DNA of 59,175 nt from an uncultured Clostridia bacterium (GTDB lineage: Bacteria > Bacillota > Clostridia > TANB77 > CAG-508), in NCBI GenBank assembly GCA_963559365.1, contig CAUWKC010000006.1, positions 1-59,175 on the forward strand. The letters run 5' to 3'. Every line of letters starts with the position of its first letter. The first letter of the stretch is position 1. Below, piece after piece: positions 28,918-40,651 of this stretch. The notes under the pieces were generated by a model. The model was not told the DNA's origin and did no database searches. It saw only the letters and a program-made list of their open reading frames with translations. Made by a program: the position numbers and the translations under genes.

Positions 28918-30016
28918 ATGTCAAAACGAAAACAAAAAGCTCGGAGGAAATGGAGTAAAAGGACTAATAATAGTTTTAGTAATTTTAATTATTGTAGCAG
29001 GAGGAGTATTGGTATATAAAATTGTAAAAGATAGAGAAAACAGTGAAACGTCAGTAGCAGAAGAAAATACTTTTATAAAGAAAGAAGAAAAAACTGTTCA
29101 AATCTTTAAAGGAAATGATAGACCTATTGCTGTTATGATTGATAACCATAGTGATGCTTGGCCACAAGGAGGATTACAAGATGCTTATATGGTATATGAA
29201 ATAATTGCAGAAGGTGGAGAAACAAGATTAATGGCATTATTTAAAGGTGCTAATATCGAAAAAATTGGACCAGTAAGAAGTGCTAGACATTATTTCTTAG
29301 ACTATGCTATGGAAAATGATGCTATTTATACACACTTTGGAGAAAGCCCACAAGCAAAGAGTGATATTAAAAAATACAATATTAATGAAATTGATGGAAT
29401 TACAGAAGATGGAACTACATTTTGGCGTGTAAAAGATAAAGCAGCACCACATAATGCAGCAACTTCTACAGCTAAATTAATTGAATCAGCAAAAAATAAA
29501 AAATATAGAATGACTTCTAATGAAAAAAGTGTTTTAAACTATACAGTAGATGAAGTGAACTTAGAAGAAGGACAAGGAGCAGTAAGTGTAACTATACCAC
29601 ATTCTCAATTACAAACAGTAAAATATGAATATGATGAAGAAAATAAAGTATATAAAAGATATGCTAGAGGAAAAGAACAAAAAGATTGGACAACAGGAAA
29701 AACTGTAACAGCAAAAAACATTATTATAACATTTTGTGACAACTATACACTAAGTGATAAAGAAAATAAAGGAAGACAAGGACTAAAAAACATAGGAACA
29801 TTTGATGGTTATTATATTACAAATGGAAAAGCAATAAAAATAAAATGTATTAAAAATGCAAGAGACGAAAAAACAACATATCAAGATTTACAAGGAAATG
29901 AAATCAAAGTTAATGATGGAAATACTTTTGTAAATATTTGTCCAGTAGCAGCAAGAGTTATTTTAGAAGCACCAACAACTAATGAAACTGTTGAAACTAA
30001 TACTACTAATCAATAA
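28918..30016 (+). CDS. DUF3048 (YerB-like) membrane-anchored protein (365 aa after +1 shift at CGG 28942-28944)
   Basis: AAGGAG RBS and ATG 28918; GCT-C-GGA-GGA joins MSKRKQKA to TM anchor GGNGVKGLIIVLVILIIVAGG and domain RPIAVMIDN, AEGGETR, GPVRSAR. Confidence 0.85.
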
Positions 30017-30033
30017 AAATGGAGGAAGTAAAA

Positions 30034-30369
30034 ATGAATATTTATGATACTGCTAATCGCTTAGCACAAGAAATTAAACAATCAGAAGAATATAACAATT
30101 ACAAAATGGCAAAACAAGCCTTAAATTTAAATACAAGTCTAAAAGAAAAAATGGCAGAATTTGAAAAAATGCGTTATGAAGTACAATTAATTGCAATGCA
30201 AACAGGAAAACAAGAAGAAGAAAAATTTAAAAAAGTGCAAGATTTATATTCAGAATTGATAGAAATTGATGATGCTAAAAAATACTTTGAAGCGGAAACA
30301 AAATTTAATATTGTAATAGCAGATGTTAATAAAATTATCGGAGAAGCAATTCGTGATGTAATGCAATAA
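30034..30369 (+). CDS. YlbF/YmcA family regulator
   Basis: MNIYDTANRLAQEIKQSEEY...YFEAE; GGAGG RBS. Confidence 0.85.
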   Translation: MNIYDTANRLAQEIKQSEEYNNYKMAKQALNLNTSLKEKMAEFEKMRYEVQLIAMQTGKQEEEKFKKVQDLYSELIEIDDAKKYFEAETKFNIVIADVNKIIGEAIRDVMQ

Positions 30370-30386
30370 ATTAAGAAGGAAGTTTT

Positions 30387-31076
30387 ATGGAATATATTAT
30401 AATAGGAATTGTTATATTAATACTAACCGTTATTTTGGAATATATGGTAGAGTATAACAAAAAGCAAATTGAGCATTTAGGAGAAAATAAAGAACTAGAT
30501 GAATTAGCCAAATCTTATCCAAGCAATGTAGAAATGTGCAAAGATTATTTGAAAAAACTAAATAATGAGACAGTTACAATAGAAGAAAACAAAGGAGCAG
30601 AAGCGAGTTTGTATATAGCAATTACGAATAAAATTTTAATTGCTGATATTCAAGATAGTTATACAAGGATTCAAACTATTGCTCATGAATGTTTACATTC
30701 TATTCAAAGTAAGAAATTATTATTATTTAATTTTATATTTTCTAATTTATATTTTTTATATTTTATAGTAATTTGTGCTTTGATAGTTTTGAAAATGTTA
30801 CCATATAAAATGATGTTCTTAGTTATATTACTACTTTTTAGTATGGTATATTATATGGTAAGAGTTTATTTAGAAAATGATGCTATGATAAAGGCCAGAT
30901 ATTTAGCAAAAGAGTATATGGAAGACAAGAAAATATCTTCAAAACAAGAAATTGAAAAAATAGTAGCAGAATTTGATAAAATCAATAATATAGGAATTAA
31001 ATATATAAATTTTCATTTCTTTTTAGGGATTATGATGAGAGTGTTTGTTTTCACAACTTTATGTTTAATTTTTTAA
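30387..31076 (+). CDS. Membrane zinc metallopeptidase (YugP-like)
   Basis: AHECLHSIQ HExxH motif, downstream ENDA, TM segments. Confidence 0.7.
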   Translation: MEYIIIGIVILILTVILEYMVEYNKKQIEHLGENKELDELAKSYPSNVEMCKDYLKKLNNETVTIEENKGAEASLYIAITNKILIADIQDSYTRIQTIAHECLHSIQSKKLLLFNFIFSNLYFLYFIVICALIVLKMLPYKMMFLVILLLFSMVYYMVRVYLENDAMIKARYLAKEYMEDKKISSKQEIEKIVAEFDKINNIGIKYINFHFFLGIMMRVFVFTTLCLIF

Positions 31077-31089
31077 TAAAAAGGAAACT

Positions 31090-31653
31090 CTATGAGTCTC
31101 CTTTTTTTGTATTATCTTGTAAAAGCATATTTAAAATTTGTGGATAAAGAGTATTTGCGTTTTGTTTCCAATTTTCCACAATACGTTTTGCTCTTTCACG
31201 AGAGCCAGCAAAAGTTTTTACTTCAAAAATTGATTCGTTATTTTCAATAATTTTACATTTAATAGTATATTCATTTTCACTTTTTGGAATGAATTCAGCA
31301 GTAATAGAAGAAGCTTCTTCTATATTAGAAAATTCTTTTTCGAAAATGTTATCTGCTTTTAATTTTATGATTCCTGGTAAAACATCTTTTGTAAGAAGGT
31401 ATGCGTTTTTTCCTTCAGAGGTAATTCTAATTACTGGTTCTTCTTTCGTATAAGTACCTACTAAATTGGAATCTATTAAATCTGTCAATACTTGTTTAAA
31501 ATAAAAATAGTTAATATTGTTGATGGGAGAAATAAGTTTGTATAAATCATCTTGACGAATTTCTCCTTGAATGAGATTTAATAGGTATAAGATTAATACC
31601 TTATTTTCAGCCAAAGTAGTAGCATTATCTGAATTTGACATATTCAATAGCAC
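31090..31653 (-). CDS. DUF4364 family protein
   Basis: LAENKVLILY, NYFYFKQ.L..L, ITSEG, NW...A..LY. Confidence 0.8.
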   Translation of the reverse strand: MLLNMSNSDNATTLAENKVLILYLLNLIQGEIRQDDLYKLISPINNINYFYFKQVLTDLIDSNLVGTYTKEEPVIRITSEGKNAYLLTKDVLPGIIKLKADNIFEKEFSNIEEASSITAEFIPKSENEYTIKCKIIENNESIFEVKTFAGSRERAKRIVENWKQNANTLYPQILNMLLQDNTKKGDS

Positions 31654-31775
31654 TCCTTACTTTGTGATTTTTTGTGATTATATCATAAAAAATGGAAAAA
31701 GTAAAATAATTAATTGAAAAAATTTAAAATGATGGTATAATAAAAAATAATGAAAAAGAAAGGAGAGAAATAAAA

Positions 31776-32708
31776 ATGAAAAAAGGAAAGGTAGTTTTAG
31801 TAGGAACAGGCTTTGTTGGAATGAGTATGGCATATTCTATGCTAAATAGAGGTGGAATTGAAGAATTAGTATTAATTGATATAGATAAAGAAAAAACAAT
31901 TGGAGAAGAAATGGATTTATCACATGGATTACCATATGCTCCACAAAAAATGGTAATTAAAGCAGGTGAATATGGAGAATGTAAAGATGCACAAATTGTT
32001 GTAATTACAGCTGGATTAGCACAAAAGCCAGGACAAACAAGATTAGAATTAGCAGAAGCCAATGCTAATATTATGAAACAAATTACAAATTCTATAATGG
32101 CAAGTGGATTTAATGGAATTATTATTGTAGCAAGTAATCCAGTAGACTTAATGACTTATGTAGTATGGAAAGAATCAGGATTGCCAAAAAATAAAGTTAT
32201 AGGTTCAGGAACTGTTTTAGACACAGCAAGACTACGTTATTTAATGGCAGATTATTTAAAAATATCAAGTAAAAATATTCATGCTTACATTATGGGAGAA
32301 CATGGTGATTCTTCATTTGTACCTTGGGAACATGCTTATGTAGGATGCAAAAAAGTAAAAGATATTATGAAAGATAATCATCATCCAATGGAACATCTAA
32401 ACAAAATACATGAAGGAGTAGTAAATGCAGCATATGAAATAATAGCGAAGAAAAAAGCAACATATTATGGAATTGGAATGGCATTAAATCGTTTAGTAAG
32501 AGCAATAATAGATGACGAGAATTCAATATTAACAGTTTCAGCATATTTAGAAAACCAATATGGACAAAATGATATTTATATTGGAGTACCAGCTGTTTTG
32601 AATAGAAACGGAGTTAGAGAACTAATAGAATTAAATTTAAATGAAGAAGAACAAGAAAAATTAAATAAAAGTTGTCAATTACTTAAAGAAATGAGAAAAA
32701 AAATATAA
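31776..32708 (+). CDS. ldh: L-lactate dehydrogenase
   Basis: VGTGFVG, ITAG.AQKPGQTRL, NPVD, GTVLDTAR, GEHGDS. Confidence 0.95.
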   Translation: MKKGKVVLVGTGFVGMSMAYSMLNRGGIEELVLIDIDKEKTIGEEMDLSHGLPYAPQKMVIKAGEYGECKDAQIVVITAGLAQKPGQTRLELAEANANIMKQITNSIMASGFNGIIIVASNPVDLMTYVVWKESGLPKNKVIGSGTVLDTARLRYLMADYLKISSKNIHAYIMGEHGDSSFVPWEHAYVGCKKVKDIMKDNHHPMEHLNKIHEGVVNAAYEIIAKKKATYYGIGMALNRLVRAIIDDENSILTVSAYLENQYGQNDIYIGVPAVLNRNGVRELIELNLNEEEQEKLNKSCQLLKEMRKKI

Positions 32709-32743
32709 AAAAATATAAAAAAATATAAAAAAATATAAAAAAA
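32698..32743 (+). repeat. Four-copy 10-bp tandem repeat AAAAAAATAT upstream of S10 promoter
   Basis: aaatataaaa x4 at 32701-32740. Confidence 0.85.
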
Positions 32744-32755
32744 CCCAAAAACCTG

Positions 32756-32784
32756 TTGACATACGGGCAGAAGCATTGTATAAT
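32756..32784 (+). promoter_or_regulatory. SigA promoter of S10 operon
   Basis: TTGACA-17 nt-TATAAT. Confidence 0.85.
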
Positions 32785-32790
32785 AGATAG

Positions 32791-33025
32791 GCATGAATAA
32801 AGCGTTGAAGCCAAATGTGGCTACACTCTTACGGACACGTTGAGTGGAGGGAACTTTGGTGGAGTATGTTATGGCAAAGACCAGGCGGTAAGAAATGTAC
32901 TTATCCCAGAATTATCATGCACGTTTTGGGTTTTTATATAGGTGATATTCGAAACACCAGAGTACGTTTTAACTTGCCAAGGTAATTTCGATAGCAAATA
33001 AAGCTATCTCCGGCAAAAGCCGAAA
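32791..33025 (+). ncRNA. Structured 5' leader of rpsJ (probable ribosomal-protein leader)
   Basis: GC-richer ~260-nt UTR; GCATGAATAA near 32792 can pair with TTATCATGC near 32912-32920; boundaries approximate. Confidence 0.5.
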
Positions 33026-33056
33026 AAAGAAAAATAAAAAAGGAGGGAAAATTACA

Positions 33057-33380
33057 ATGGCAAACACAGTAGCAACAAGTGAAAAAATCAGAATAAGACT
33101 AAAAGCATATGACCATGTAGTTTTAGATCAGTCTGCTGAAAAGATAGTAGATACTGCTAAAAAAACAGGAGCAAAGGTTTCAGGTCCTATTCCATTACCA
33201 ACACAAAAAGAAATCGTAACAATTTTACGTTCTCCACACAAATACAAAGATTCAAGAGAACAATTCGAAATGAGAACACATAAAAGAGTAATCGATATCT
33301 TATATCCAACACAAAAAACAGTAGATAGTCTAATGAAATTAGAACTACCAGCTGGTGTTGATATAGAAATTAAGCTATAA
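33057..33380 (+). CDS. rpsJ: 30S ribosomal protein S10
   Basis: [28 protein letters not shown]. Confidence 0.99.
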   Translation: MANTVATSEKIRIRLKAYDHVVLDQSAEKIVDTAKKTGAKVSGPIPLPTQKEIVTILRSPHKYKDSREQFEMRTHKRVIDILYPTQKTVDSLMKLELPAGVDIEIKL

Positions 33381-33444
33381 ATATAAAAAATAGCAGCAAC
33401 CAAGCTGGCGAAGGTCAGCCAATAGTTAAGGAGGAAAAAGAAAA

Positions 33445-34080
33445 ATGAAAAAAGGAATTATCGGAAAAAAAATCGGTATGACACAAATCTTCGACGAAAA
33501 AGGAAATGTAATTCCAGTAACAGTTATCGAAACAGAAGGAAACATTGTAACACAAATTAAAACAGTAGAAACTGATGGATATAACAGCATTCAATTAGGA
33601 TACGGAGAAATAAAAGACAAACATATTAATAAACCAGAAGCAGGACATTTTGCAAAAGCAAAATTAGCTAACAAAAAACACTTAAGAGAATTCAGAATAG
33701 ATTCTGTAGAAGAATATAAAGTTGGAGACGAAGTAAAAGCAGACATCTTCGAAGCAGGAGAAAAAGTAGATGTACAAGGAACATCAAAAGGAAAAGGATT
33801 CCAAGGTGTTATCAAAAGACATGGACAACATAGAGGACCAATGGGACATGGTTCTATGTATCATAGAAGACCAGGTTCAATGGGAGCAACATCAACACCA
33901 GGTAGAGTATTTAAAGGTAAAAAACTACCAGGACATATGGGAAGAGTTACAATTACAATTCAAAATTTAGATGTTGTAAGAGTTGACATGGACAAAAATG
34001 TAATATTAGTAAAAGGAAGCGTTCCAGGAGCAAAAGGAGCAATTCTAAAAGTAAAATCAGCTGTAAAGGCTACGAAATAG
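33445..34080 (+). CDS. rplC: 50S ribosomal protein L3
   Basis: [22 protein letters not shown]. Confidence 0.99.
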   Translation: MKKGIIGKKIGMTQIFDEKGNVIPVTVIETEGNIVTQIKTVETDGYNSIQLGYGEIKDKHINKPEAGHFAKAKLANKKHLREFRIDSVEEYKVGDEVKADIFEAGEKVDVQGTSKGKGFQGVIKRHGQHRGPMGHGSMYHRRPGSMGATSTPGRVFKGKKLPGHMGRVTITIQNLDVVRVDMDKNVILVKGSVPGAKGAILKVKSAVKATK

Positions 34081-34101
34081 AAGGAAGGAGGAAATACGAA
34101 A

Positions 34102-34725
34102 ATGCCAAAAGTAGACGTATATGATTTAAAAGGTAAAAAAGTAAGTGATATCGAATTAGCTGAAAACGTATTTGGAATAGAACCAAATGAAAATATTGTA
34201 CATAGTGTACTTGTAAACTATTTAGCTAATCAAAGACAAGGTACACAAAGTACCAAAACAAGAGCAGAAGTTTCTGGTGGTGGTAGAAAACCATGGAGAC
34301 AAAAAGGAACAGGTAGAGCAAGACAAGGTTCAACAAGAAGCCCACAATGGATTAAAGGTGGAATCGCATTAGGACCAAAACCACGTTCATACCGTTATAC
34401 AGTTAATAAAAAAGAAAGAAGATTAGCAATTAAATCAATCTTAAGTTCTAAAGTATTAGAAAAAGAATTAACAGTAGTAGATAAATTAGAAGTAAAAGAA
34501 ATCAAAACAAAAACAATGGCAAAAGCTTTAACAGACTTAAAAGTAGAAGGAAAAACATTAATCGTTCTTCCAGAAAACAATAAAAATGTTTATATGTCAA
34601 CAAGAAACATTGAAGGTGTTAAAACAATTGCAGCAAACAATATCAATGTATTTGATTTATTAAAATATACAAATCTAATTTTATCAGTAGACACTGTTAA
34701 AAAATTAGAGGAGGTGTACGCTTAA
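34102..34725 (+). CDS. rplD: 50S ribosomal protein L4
   Basis: [28 protein letters not shown]. Confidence 0.99.
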   Translation: MPKVDVYDLKGKKVSDIELAENVFGIEPNENIVHSVLVNYLANQRQGTQSTKTRAEVSGGGRKPWRQKGTGRARQGSTRSPQWIKGGIALGPKPRSYRYTVNKKERRLAIKSILSSKVLEKELTVVDKLEVKEIKTKTMAKALTDLKVEGKTLIVLPENNKNVYMSTRNIEGVKTIAANNINVFDLLKYTNLILSVDTVKKLEEVYA

Positions 34726-34726
34726 T

Positions 34727-35074
34727 ATGAAACCAGAAGAAATTATAATCGCACCAGTTGTTACTGAAAAAAGTAATGACGAATTACAAGAAGGGAAATA
34801 CACTTTCAAAGTAAACAAAAAAGCTACAAAAGTTGAAATTGCAAAAGCAATTGAAAAACTTTTTGAAGTAAAAGTAATAAAAGTAAATACAATGAATGTA
34901 AATGGAAAGAAGAAAAGAGTTGGTTACCACGTAGGAAAAACTTCAGATTGGAAAAAAGCAATTGTAACAATTGATACTAATCCAGAAGAAACAACATATT
35001 TAACGAAAGGTGGAAAATCAACAAAAACTTCTAAAAAATACAAAGACTCAATTGAAGCTTTTATGGGAGCTTAA
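34727..35074 (+). CDS. rplW: 50S ribosomal protein L23 (C-terminally extended)
   Basis: PVVTEKS, YTFKV, WKKAIVT. Confidence 0.97.
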   Translation: MKPEEIIIAPVVTEKSNDELQEGKYTFKVNKKATKVEIAKAIEKLFEVKVIKVNTMNVNGKKKRVGYHVGKTSDWKKAIVTIDTNPEETTYLTKGGKSTKTSKKYKDSIEAFMGA

Positions 35075-35092
35075 TTTAAGAGGTAATGTATC

Positions 35093-35443
35093 ATGAATAG
35101 AAAAGAACTTTTTAAAGTAATTGATGGAGGACTTCCAAGTGAAAAGCAAATGAGAAGAGAACTTCCAAGTCAATTTAAAGAATTAAACGAAAAGTTAGAA
35201 AAGGTAAAAAAATATCAATGGCAAGTATTAGATGATATACGACACGGTGTAGAAGAATATTGTAGAAAATATGGAAATAACTTAGAAGATATATATCTAA
35301 TACCAGATAAAGATTTGAAAGTACTATATAATAAATTAAACAAAATATGGTTACCAAATGTAAGTATTGCCATTCAAATGCAAGCCAATGAAAAAAGAAA
35401 AATAAGAGAAGAAAGAAATATCGGGATAGAACCCGGAGAATAA
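35093..35443 (+). CDS. Hypothetical protein inserted between rplW and rplB
   Basis: GAGGT RBS, 116-aa ORF that fills the gap; no ribosomal homology recognised. Confidence 0.7.
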   Translation: MNRKELFKVIDGGLPSEKQMRRELPSQFKELNEKLEKVKKYQWQVLDDIRHGVEEYCRKYGNNLEDIYLIPDKDLKVLYNKLNKIWLPNVSIAIQMQANEKRKIREERNIGIEPGE

Positions 35444-35464
35444 ATAAAAAGGAGAGAAAGAAAA

Positions 35465-36292
35465 ATGGGAATGAAACACTTCAAACCATATACACCATCA
35501 AGAAGAAATATGACAGTTTCTGATTTCGCAGAAATCACAAAGAAAACTCCTGAAAAATCTTTATTAGCAAAGAAAAAGAAAAATGCAGGAAGAAACTCAT
35601 ATGGAAGAATCACTGTAAGACATCAAGGTGGTGGAAACAGACAAAAATATAGAATTATAGATTTTAAAAGAAGAAAAGATGATATAACAGCAACTGTTAT
35701 AGGAATCGAATATGATCCAAATAGAAGTGCTAACATTGCTTTAATTCAATACGAAGATGGAGAAAAAGCATATATTTTAGCCCCACAAGGATTAAAAGAT
35801 GGAGATAAAGTTGTATCTGGAGAATCTGCAGATATTAAACCAGGAAACTGTATGCCAATTAGTAGTATTCCAGTTGGTACTTTAATTCATAATATAGAAT
35901 TAAATCCAAAACAAGGTGGAAAATTAGTAAAAGCTGCTGGACAAAGTGCTCAATTAATGGCAAAAGAAGGAAAGTATGCACATGTTAGACTTCCTTCAGG
36001 AGAAATGAGATTAATTTTAGCAACTTGTAGAGCAACAATTGGAGTTATCGGAAACAGTGACCATGAAAATGTTAAAATTGGTAAAGCTGGTAGAACAAGA
36101 CATATGGGAATCAGACCAACTGTAAGAGGATCTGTTATGAACCCAGTAGATCACCCTCATGGTGGTGGTGAAGGTAGAGCACCAGTAGGACACGCTGGAC
36201 CAATGACACCTTGGGGTAAACCAGCTCTTGGATACAAAACAAGAAATAAGAAAAAACAATCTAATAAATTTATTGTTAAGAGAAGAAAATAA
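35465..36292 (+). CDS. rplB: 50S ribosomal protein L2
   Basis: [25 protein letters not shown]. Confidence 0.99.
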   Translation: MGMKHFKPYTPSRRNMTVSDFAEITKKTPEKSLLAKKKKNAGRNSYGRITVRHQGGGNRQKYRIIDFKRRKDDITATVIGIEYDPNRSANIALIQYEDGEKAYILAPQGLKDGDKVVSGESADIKPGNCMPISSIPVGTLIHNIELNPKQGGKLVKAAGQSAQLMAKEGKYAHVRLPSGEMRLILATCRATIGVIGNSDHENVKIGKAGRTRHMGIRPTVRGSVMNPVDHPHGGGEGRAPVGHAGPMTPWGKPALGYKTRNKKKQSNKFIVKRRK

Positions 36293-36306
36293 GGAGGAGA
36301 AATTTA

Positions 36307-36582
36307 ATGTCAAGATCAAGCAAGAAAAAACCATATGTAGCGCCTGAACTACTTAAAAGAGTAGAAGCTATGAATGAATCTGGAAATAAAGAAGTTTTAA
36401 AGACATGGTCTAGAGCTTCTACAATTTATCCACAAATGGTTGGTCATACAATCGCTGTACATGATGGAAGAAAACACGTTCCAATCTATATAGCAGAAGA
36501 AATGATTGGTCATAAATTAGGTGAATTTGCTCCTACAAGAACTTTTAAAGGTCATGCAGGAGACAAAAAGACAAAGAAATAG
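36307..36582 (+). CDS. rpsS: 30S ribosomal protein S19
   Basis: [17 protein letters not shown]. Confidence 0.99.
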   Translation: MSRSSKKKPYVAPELLKRVEAMNESGNKEVLKTWSRASTIYPQMVGHTIAVHDGRKHVPIYIAEEMIGHKLGEFAPTRTFKGHAGDKKTKK

Positions 36583-36595
36583 GAGGTAAAGGAAA

Positions 36596-36958
36596 GTGCA
36601 AAAGCAAGAAACAGCCGTTATAAATGAAGCAAGAGCAACCTTAAAATATGCTAGAATTTCAGCTAGAAAAGTTAAAATTGTAGCAGATTTAATTAGAGGA
36701 AAAGAAGTAGATGAAGCTCTAGCTATTGTAAAATTTACACCAAAAGCGTCATCAGAAATTATTGAAAAATTGTTAAAATCAGCTATTGCAAATGCTGAAA
36801 ACAATCATCAAATGAAACATGAAGCATTATATGTTGCTGAAATCTATGCAAATCAAGGTCCAACTTTAAAAAGAATTAGACCAGCAGCAAAAGGTTCAGC
36901 AGTTAGAATTAGAAAAAGAACAAGTCATATAACAATTGTTCTAAAGGAGAAAGAATAG
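36596..36958 (+). CDS. rplV: 50S ribosomal protein L22
   Basis: [21 protein letters not shown]. Confidence 0.98.
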   Translation: MQKQETAVINEARATLKYARISARKVKIVADLIRGKEVDEALAIVKFTPKASSEIIEKLLKSAIANAENNHQMKHEALYVAEIYANQGPTLKRIRPAAKGSAVRIRKRTSHITIVLKEKE

Positions 36959-36980
36959 AGAAAAGGAGGACTCGTTAAAG

Positions 36981-37637
36981 ATGGGACAAAAAGTACACCC
37001 AACAGGAGTAAGAGTTGGAATTATCAAAGACTGGAACTCTAAATGGTATGCAGACTCTAAAAACTTTGCAGATTATTTAGTAGAAGACCAAAAAATCCGT
37101 AAATTTTTGAAGAAAAAATTATATCTTGCTGGAATTTCTAAAATCGAAATCGAAAGAACAGCAAAAGCTATCAAAGTTAATCTATATACAGCAAAACCAG
37201 GAATTGTAATTGGAAAAGGTGGAGCAGGAGTAGAAACAGTTAAAAACGAATTAGCAAAATTAATTAATAAAGATGTTAATTTAAATATCGTAGAAGTTAA
37301 AAATGCAGATGTAGATGCTCAATTAGTAGCAGAAAACATTGCAGGACAATTAGAAAGAAGAATTTCATTTAGAAGAGCTATGAAACAATGTATGCAAAAA
37401 TCTATGAAATCAGGTGCATTAGGAATTAAAACTGCTGTATCTGGAAGATTAGGTGGAGCTGACATGGCTAGAACTGAATTCTATAAAGAAGGAAATATTC
37501 CATTACAAACTTTAAGAGCTGATATTGACTATGGATTTGCAGAAGCAGATACCACTTATGGAAAAATCGGTGTTAAAGTTTGGATTTATAAAGGAGAAGT
37601 TCTTCCAGAGAAGAAAATGGAAGGAGGAGACAAATAA
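36981..37637 (+). CDS. rpsC: 30S ribosomal protein S3
   Basis: [25 protein letters not shown]. Confidence 0.99.
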   Translation: MGQKVHPTGVRVGIIKDWNSKWYADSKNFADYLVEDQKIRKFLKKKLYLAGISKIEIERTAKAIKVNLYTAKPGIVIGKGGAGVETVKNELAKLINKDVNLNIVEVKNADVDAQLVAENIAGQLERRISFRRAMKQCMQKSMKSGALGIKTAVSGRLGGADMARTEFYKEGNIPLQTLRADIDYGFAEADTTYGKIGVKVWIYKGEVLPEKKMEGGDK

Positions 37638-38080
37638 TGCCATTAATGCCAAAAAGAACAAAACATAGAAAAGTACAAAAAGGTAGAATGAGAGGAAAAG
37701 CAACAAGAGGAAATAAAGTAACAGAAGGAGAATACGGAATTCAAGCTGTAACAGCAGGTTTAATTACAGGTAACCAAATTGAAGCAGCACGTATTGCTAT
37801 GACTCGTTATATAAAAAGAGGTGGAAAAGTTTGGATTAAAATCTTTCCAGACAAACCAATTTCTGCAAAACCAATCGGTACTCGTATGGGTAAAGGAAAA
37901 GGAGCTCCAGAATATTGGGTAGCTGTTGTAAAACCTGGTAGAGTTATGTTTGAAATAGCTGGTGTACCAGAAGAAACAGCTAGAGAAGCCTTAAGACTTG
38001 CTATGAACAAACTACCTAACAAAACAAAATTTGTAGCAAGAGAAACAGAAAAGGTAGGTGAAAATGATGAAGATAAATAA
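37637..38080 (+). CDS. rplP: 50S ribosomal protein L16
   Basis: [22 protein letters not shown]. Confidence 0.99.
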   Translation: MPLMPKRTKHRKVQKGRMRGKATRGNKVTEGEYGIQAVTAGLITGNQIEAARIAMTRYIKRGGKVWIKIFPDKPISAKPIGTRMGKGKGAPEYWVAVVKPGRVMFEIAGVPEETAREALRLAMNKLPNKTKFVARETEKVGENDEDK

Positions 38081-38273
38081 AATAAGAGAAATGTCTTCAC
38101 CAGATTTAGAGAAAGAATTAGGTGAACTAAAAACAGAATTGTTCAAATTAAAATTTAGTTTAGCTACAAATGGATTAGATAACCCTATGAAAATAAAAGA
38201 AGTAAAAAGGGATATAGCTAAAATAAATACAGTATTAACAGAAAGAAAAATTGCAGAAACTAAAAAAGCATAA
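38067..38273 (+). CDS. rpmC: 50S ribosomal protein L29
   Basis: ELFKLKF...KRDIAKINT; start may be 38058 or 38064. Confidence 0.95.
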   Translation: MKINKIREMSSPDLEKELGELKTELFKLKFSLATNGLDNPMKIKEVKRDIAKINTVLTERKIAETKKA

Positions 38274-38313
38274 TAATTTAGAAGAGACATATCGAAAGAA
38301 AGGAGAAATCTAA

Positions 38314-38577
38314 ATGGAAGAAAGAAATCTTCGTAAAGTTATGATTGGTACAGTAACTTCTGATAAAATGGATAAAACAGTAGTTGTAGCAGTTGAAACA
38401 AGTGTTAGTCATAAAGTATATGGTAAAACAGTAAAAAGAACTTACAAATTAAAAGCACATGATGAAGAAAATATTTGCCAAATCGGTGATAAAGTAAAAG
38501 TAATGGAAACAAGACCACTTTCAAAAGATAAAAGATGGAGAGTAGTGGAAGTTGTAAAAAAAGCCGATATTAAATAA
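38314..38577 (+). CDS. rpsQ: 30S ribosomal protein S17
   Basis: [21 protein letters not shown]. Confidence 0.99.
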   Translation: MEERNLRKVMIGTVTSDKMDKTVVVAVETSVSHKVYGKTVKRTYKLKAHDEENICQIGDKVKVMETRPLSKDKRWRVVEVVKKADIK

Positions 38578-38639
38578 AAATCATATCTAAGGGGAAGTAT
38601 GTCCCTAGACATTAGAAAAAAGAAAGGAGGAACCATAAA

Positions 38640-39008
38640 ATGATACAACAACAATCAAGATTAAAAGTAGCAGATAATACAGGTGCAAAGGAAATCATGT
38701 GTATTAGATGTTTAGGAGGATCATTTAGAAAAACATCTAATATAGGAGATGTAATTATAGCTTCTGTTAAATCAGCAACACCAGGTGGCGTTGTTAAAAA
38801 AGGAGACGTTGTAAAAGCTGTTATCGTAAGATCTAAAAGTGGATTAAGAAGAGCAGATGGTTCATATATAAAATTTGATGAAAATGCAGCCGTAATAATC
38901 AAAGAAGACGGAACACCAAAAGGAACACGTATCTTTGGGCCGGTAGCAAGAGAATTAAGAGAGAAGGAGTATATGAAGATATTATCATTAGCTCCAGAAG
39001 TTCTTTAA
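38640..39008 (+). CDS. rplN: 50S ribosomal protein L14
   Basis: [20 protein letters not shown]. Confidence 0.99.
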   Translation: MIQQQSRLKVADNTGAKEIMCIRCLGGSFRKTSNIGDVIIASVKSATPGGVVKKGDVVKAVIVRSKSGLRRADGSYIKFDENAAVIIKEDGTPKGTRIFGPVARELREKEYMKILSLAPEVL

Positions 39009-39067
39009 AACAAATTCTAATTTGTTTTATAAAGAGAAAAAATAAGCAAAGAAGGAGGAAACTCTAA

Positions 39068-39376
39068 ATGAGAATCAAAAAAGGTGACAATGTCCAAGTT
39101 TTATCAGGAAATGATAAAGGGACAAAAGGTGAAGTACTAGAAGTAAATCCAAAAACTGATAAAATCATTGTAAAAGGTGTTAATGTTAGAAAAAAACACG
39201 TAAAAGCTAGAAAACAAGGAGACGAAAGTGGTATTTTATCAGTAGAATGTGCTATTCCAAGTTCAAAAGTAAATGTAGTATGTGCTAAATGTGGAAAAGC
39301 TACAAGAGTAGGATATAGTATAGAAAAAGATAAAAAAGTACGTATTTGTAAAAAATGCGGTGCTAAATTAAAATAG
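39068..39376 (+). CDS. rplX: 50S ribosomal protein L24
   Basis: KKGDNVQVLSGNDKG KOW motif. Confidence 0.98.
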   Translation: MRIKKGDNVQVLSGNDKGTKGEVLEVNPKTDKIIVKGVNVRKKHVKARKQGDESGILSVECAIPSSKVNVVCAKCGKATRVGYSIEKDKKVRICKKCGAKLK

Positions 39377-39404
39377 AAGTAATAGAAAGGAGGATTAGCC
39401 ATCC

Positions 39405-39953
39405 ATGGAAAAGTTAAGAGAACAATATGAAAAAGAAGTAATTCCAGCATTAATGAAAAAATTTGAATATAAATCAGTTATGCAAGTTCCAAAACTTGAT
39501 AAAATTGTTATCAATATAGGATTAGGAGATTTAAAAGAAAATCCAAAAGCATTAGAAAATGCAATGAATGATTTAATGCAAATTACAGGTCAAAAACCAG
39601 TAATTACAAAAGCAAAAAAATCAATTGCAGCATTTAAATTAAGAGAAGGAGTAAACATTGGATGTAAAGTAACTTTAAGAGCAGATAAAATGTACGATTT
39701 TGCTTATAAATTATTCAATGTAGCTCTTCCAAGAGTAAGAGATTTCAGAGGAGTGTCAGCAAATTCTTTTGATGGTAGAGGAAATTACTCTATGGGTATA
39801 AAAGAACAATTAATATTCCCAGAAATTGAATATGATAAAGTTGATAAATTAAGAGGTATGGATATTATATTTGTAACAACTGCTAAAACAGATGAAGAAT
39901 CTAAAGCATTGTTAGAATTATTAGGAATGCCATTTAAATCAGCTGCTGTATAA
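39405..39953 (+). CDS. rplE: 50S ribosomal protein L5
   Basis: [19 protein letters not shown]. Confidence 0.99.
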   Translation: MEKLREQYEKEVIPALMKKFEYKSVMQVPKLDKIVINIGLGDLKENPKALENAMNDLMQITGQKPVITKAKKSIAAFKLREGVNIGCKVTLRADKMYDFAYKLFNVALPRVRDFRGVSANSFDGRGNYSMGIKEQLIFPEIEYDKVDKLRGMDIIFVTTAKTDEESKALLELLGMPFKSAAV

Positions 39954-39981
39954 TACTTTAAGTAATGAAAGGAGTAAAATT

Positions 39982-40167
39982 ATGGCTAAAAAGTCAATGA
40001 AAATAAAACAAGCTAGACCACAAAAATATAGCACAAGAGAATACAATAGATGTAAATTATGTGGTAGACCACATAGCTATATTAGAAAATATGGTATATG
40101 TCGTGTATGTTTTAGAGAATTAGCACATAAGGGAGAGATACCAGGGGTTAAGAAGGCTAGCTGGTAA
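39982..40167 (+). CDS. rpsN: 30S ribosomal protein S14 (Zn-binding, type Z)
   Basis: RCKLCGR...CRVCFRE, 61 aa. Confidence 0.98.
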   Translation: MAKKSMKIKQARPQKYSTREYNRCKLCGRPHSYIRKYGICRVCFRELAHKGEIPGVKKASW

Positions 40168-40225
40168 AAACTGATTAAAAGAGAGAAAATTAAAGATAGA
40201 AAAAAGAAAAGGAGGTAAGTAATTA

Positions 40226-40624
40226 ATGAACATTACAGATCCAATAGCAGATATGTTGACAAGAATTAGAAATGCAAATAGTTCAAAACATAAAACAGTA
40301 GATATTCCAGCTTCAAATATGAAATTAGGAATTGCTGAAATACTATATAGAGAAGGATATATCAAATCTTTTGAAGAAATTAAAGATAATGCACAAGGAA
40401 TTATTCGTGTTACTTTAAAATATGACGAAAAGGGAACAAGAGTAATTGATGGTTTAAAAAGAATTAGTAAACCAGGTTTAAGAGTATATGCCGCTAAGGA
40501 TGAATTACCAAAAGTATTAAATGGATTAGGTATTGCAATTATTTCTACATCAAAAGGTTTAAAAACAGATAAAGAAGCAAGAGAATTAGGAATTGGTGGA
40601 GAAGTATTAGCTTATATTTGGTAA
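40226..40624 (+). CDS. rpsH: 30S ribosomal protein S8
   Basis: [21 protein letters not shown]. Confidence 0.99.
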   Translation: MNITDPIADMLTRIRNANSSKHKTVDIPASNMKLGIAEILYREGYIKSFEEIKDNAQGIIRVTLKYDEKGTRVIDGLKRISKPGLRVYAAKDELPKVLNGLGIAIISTSKGLKTDKEARELGIGGEVLAYIW

Positions 40625-40651
40625 AAACAGAAAAAGGAGGGAAAACGTAAC

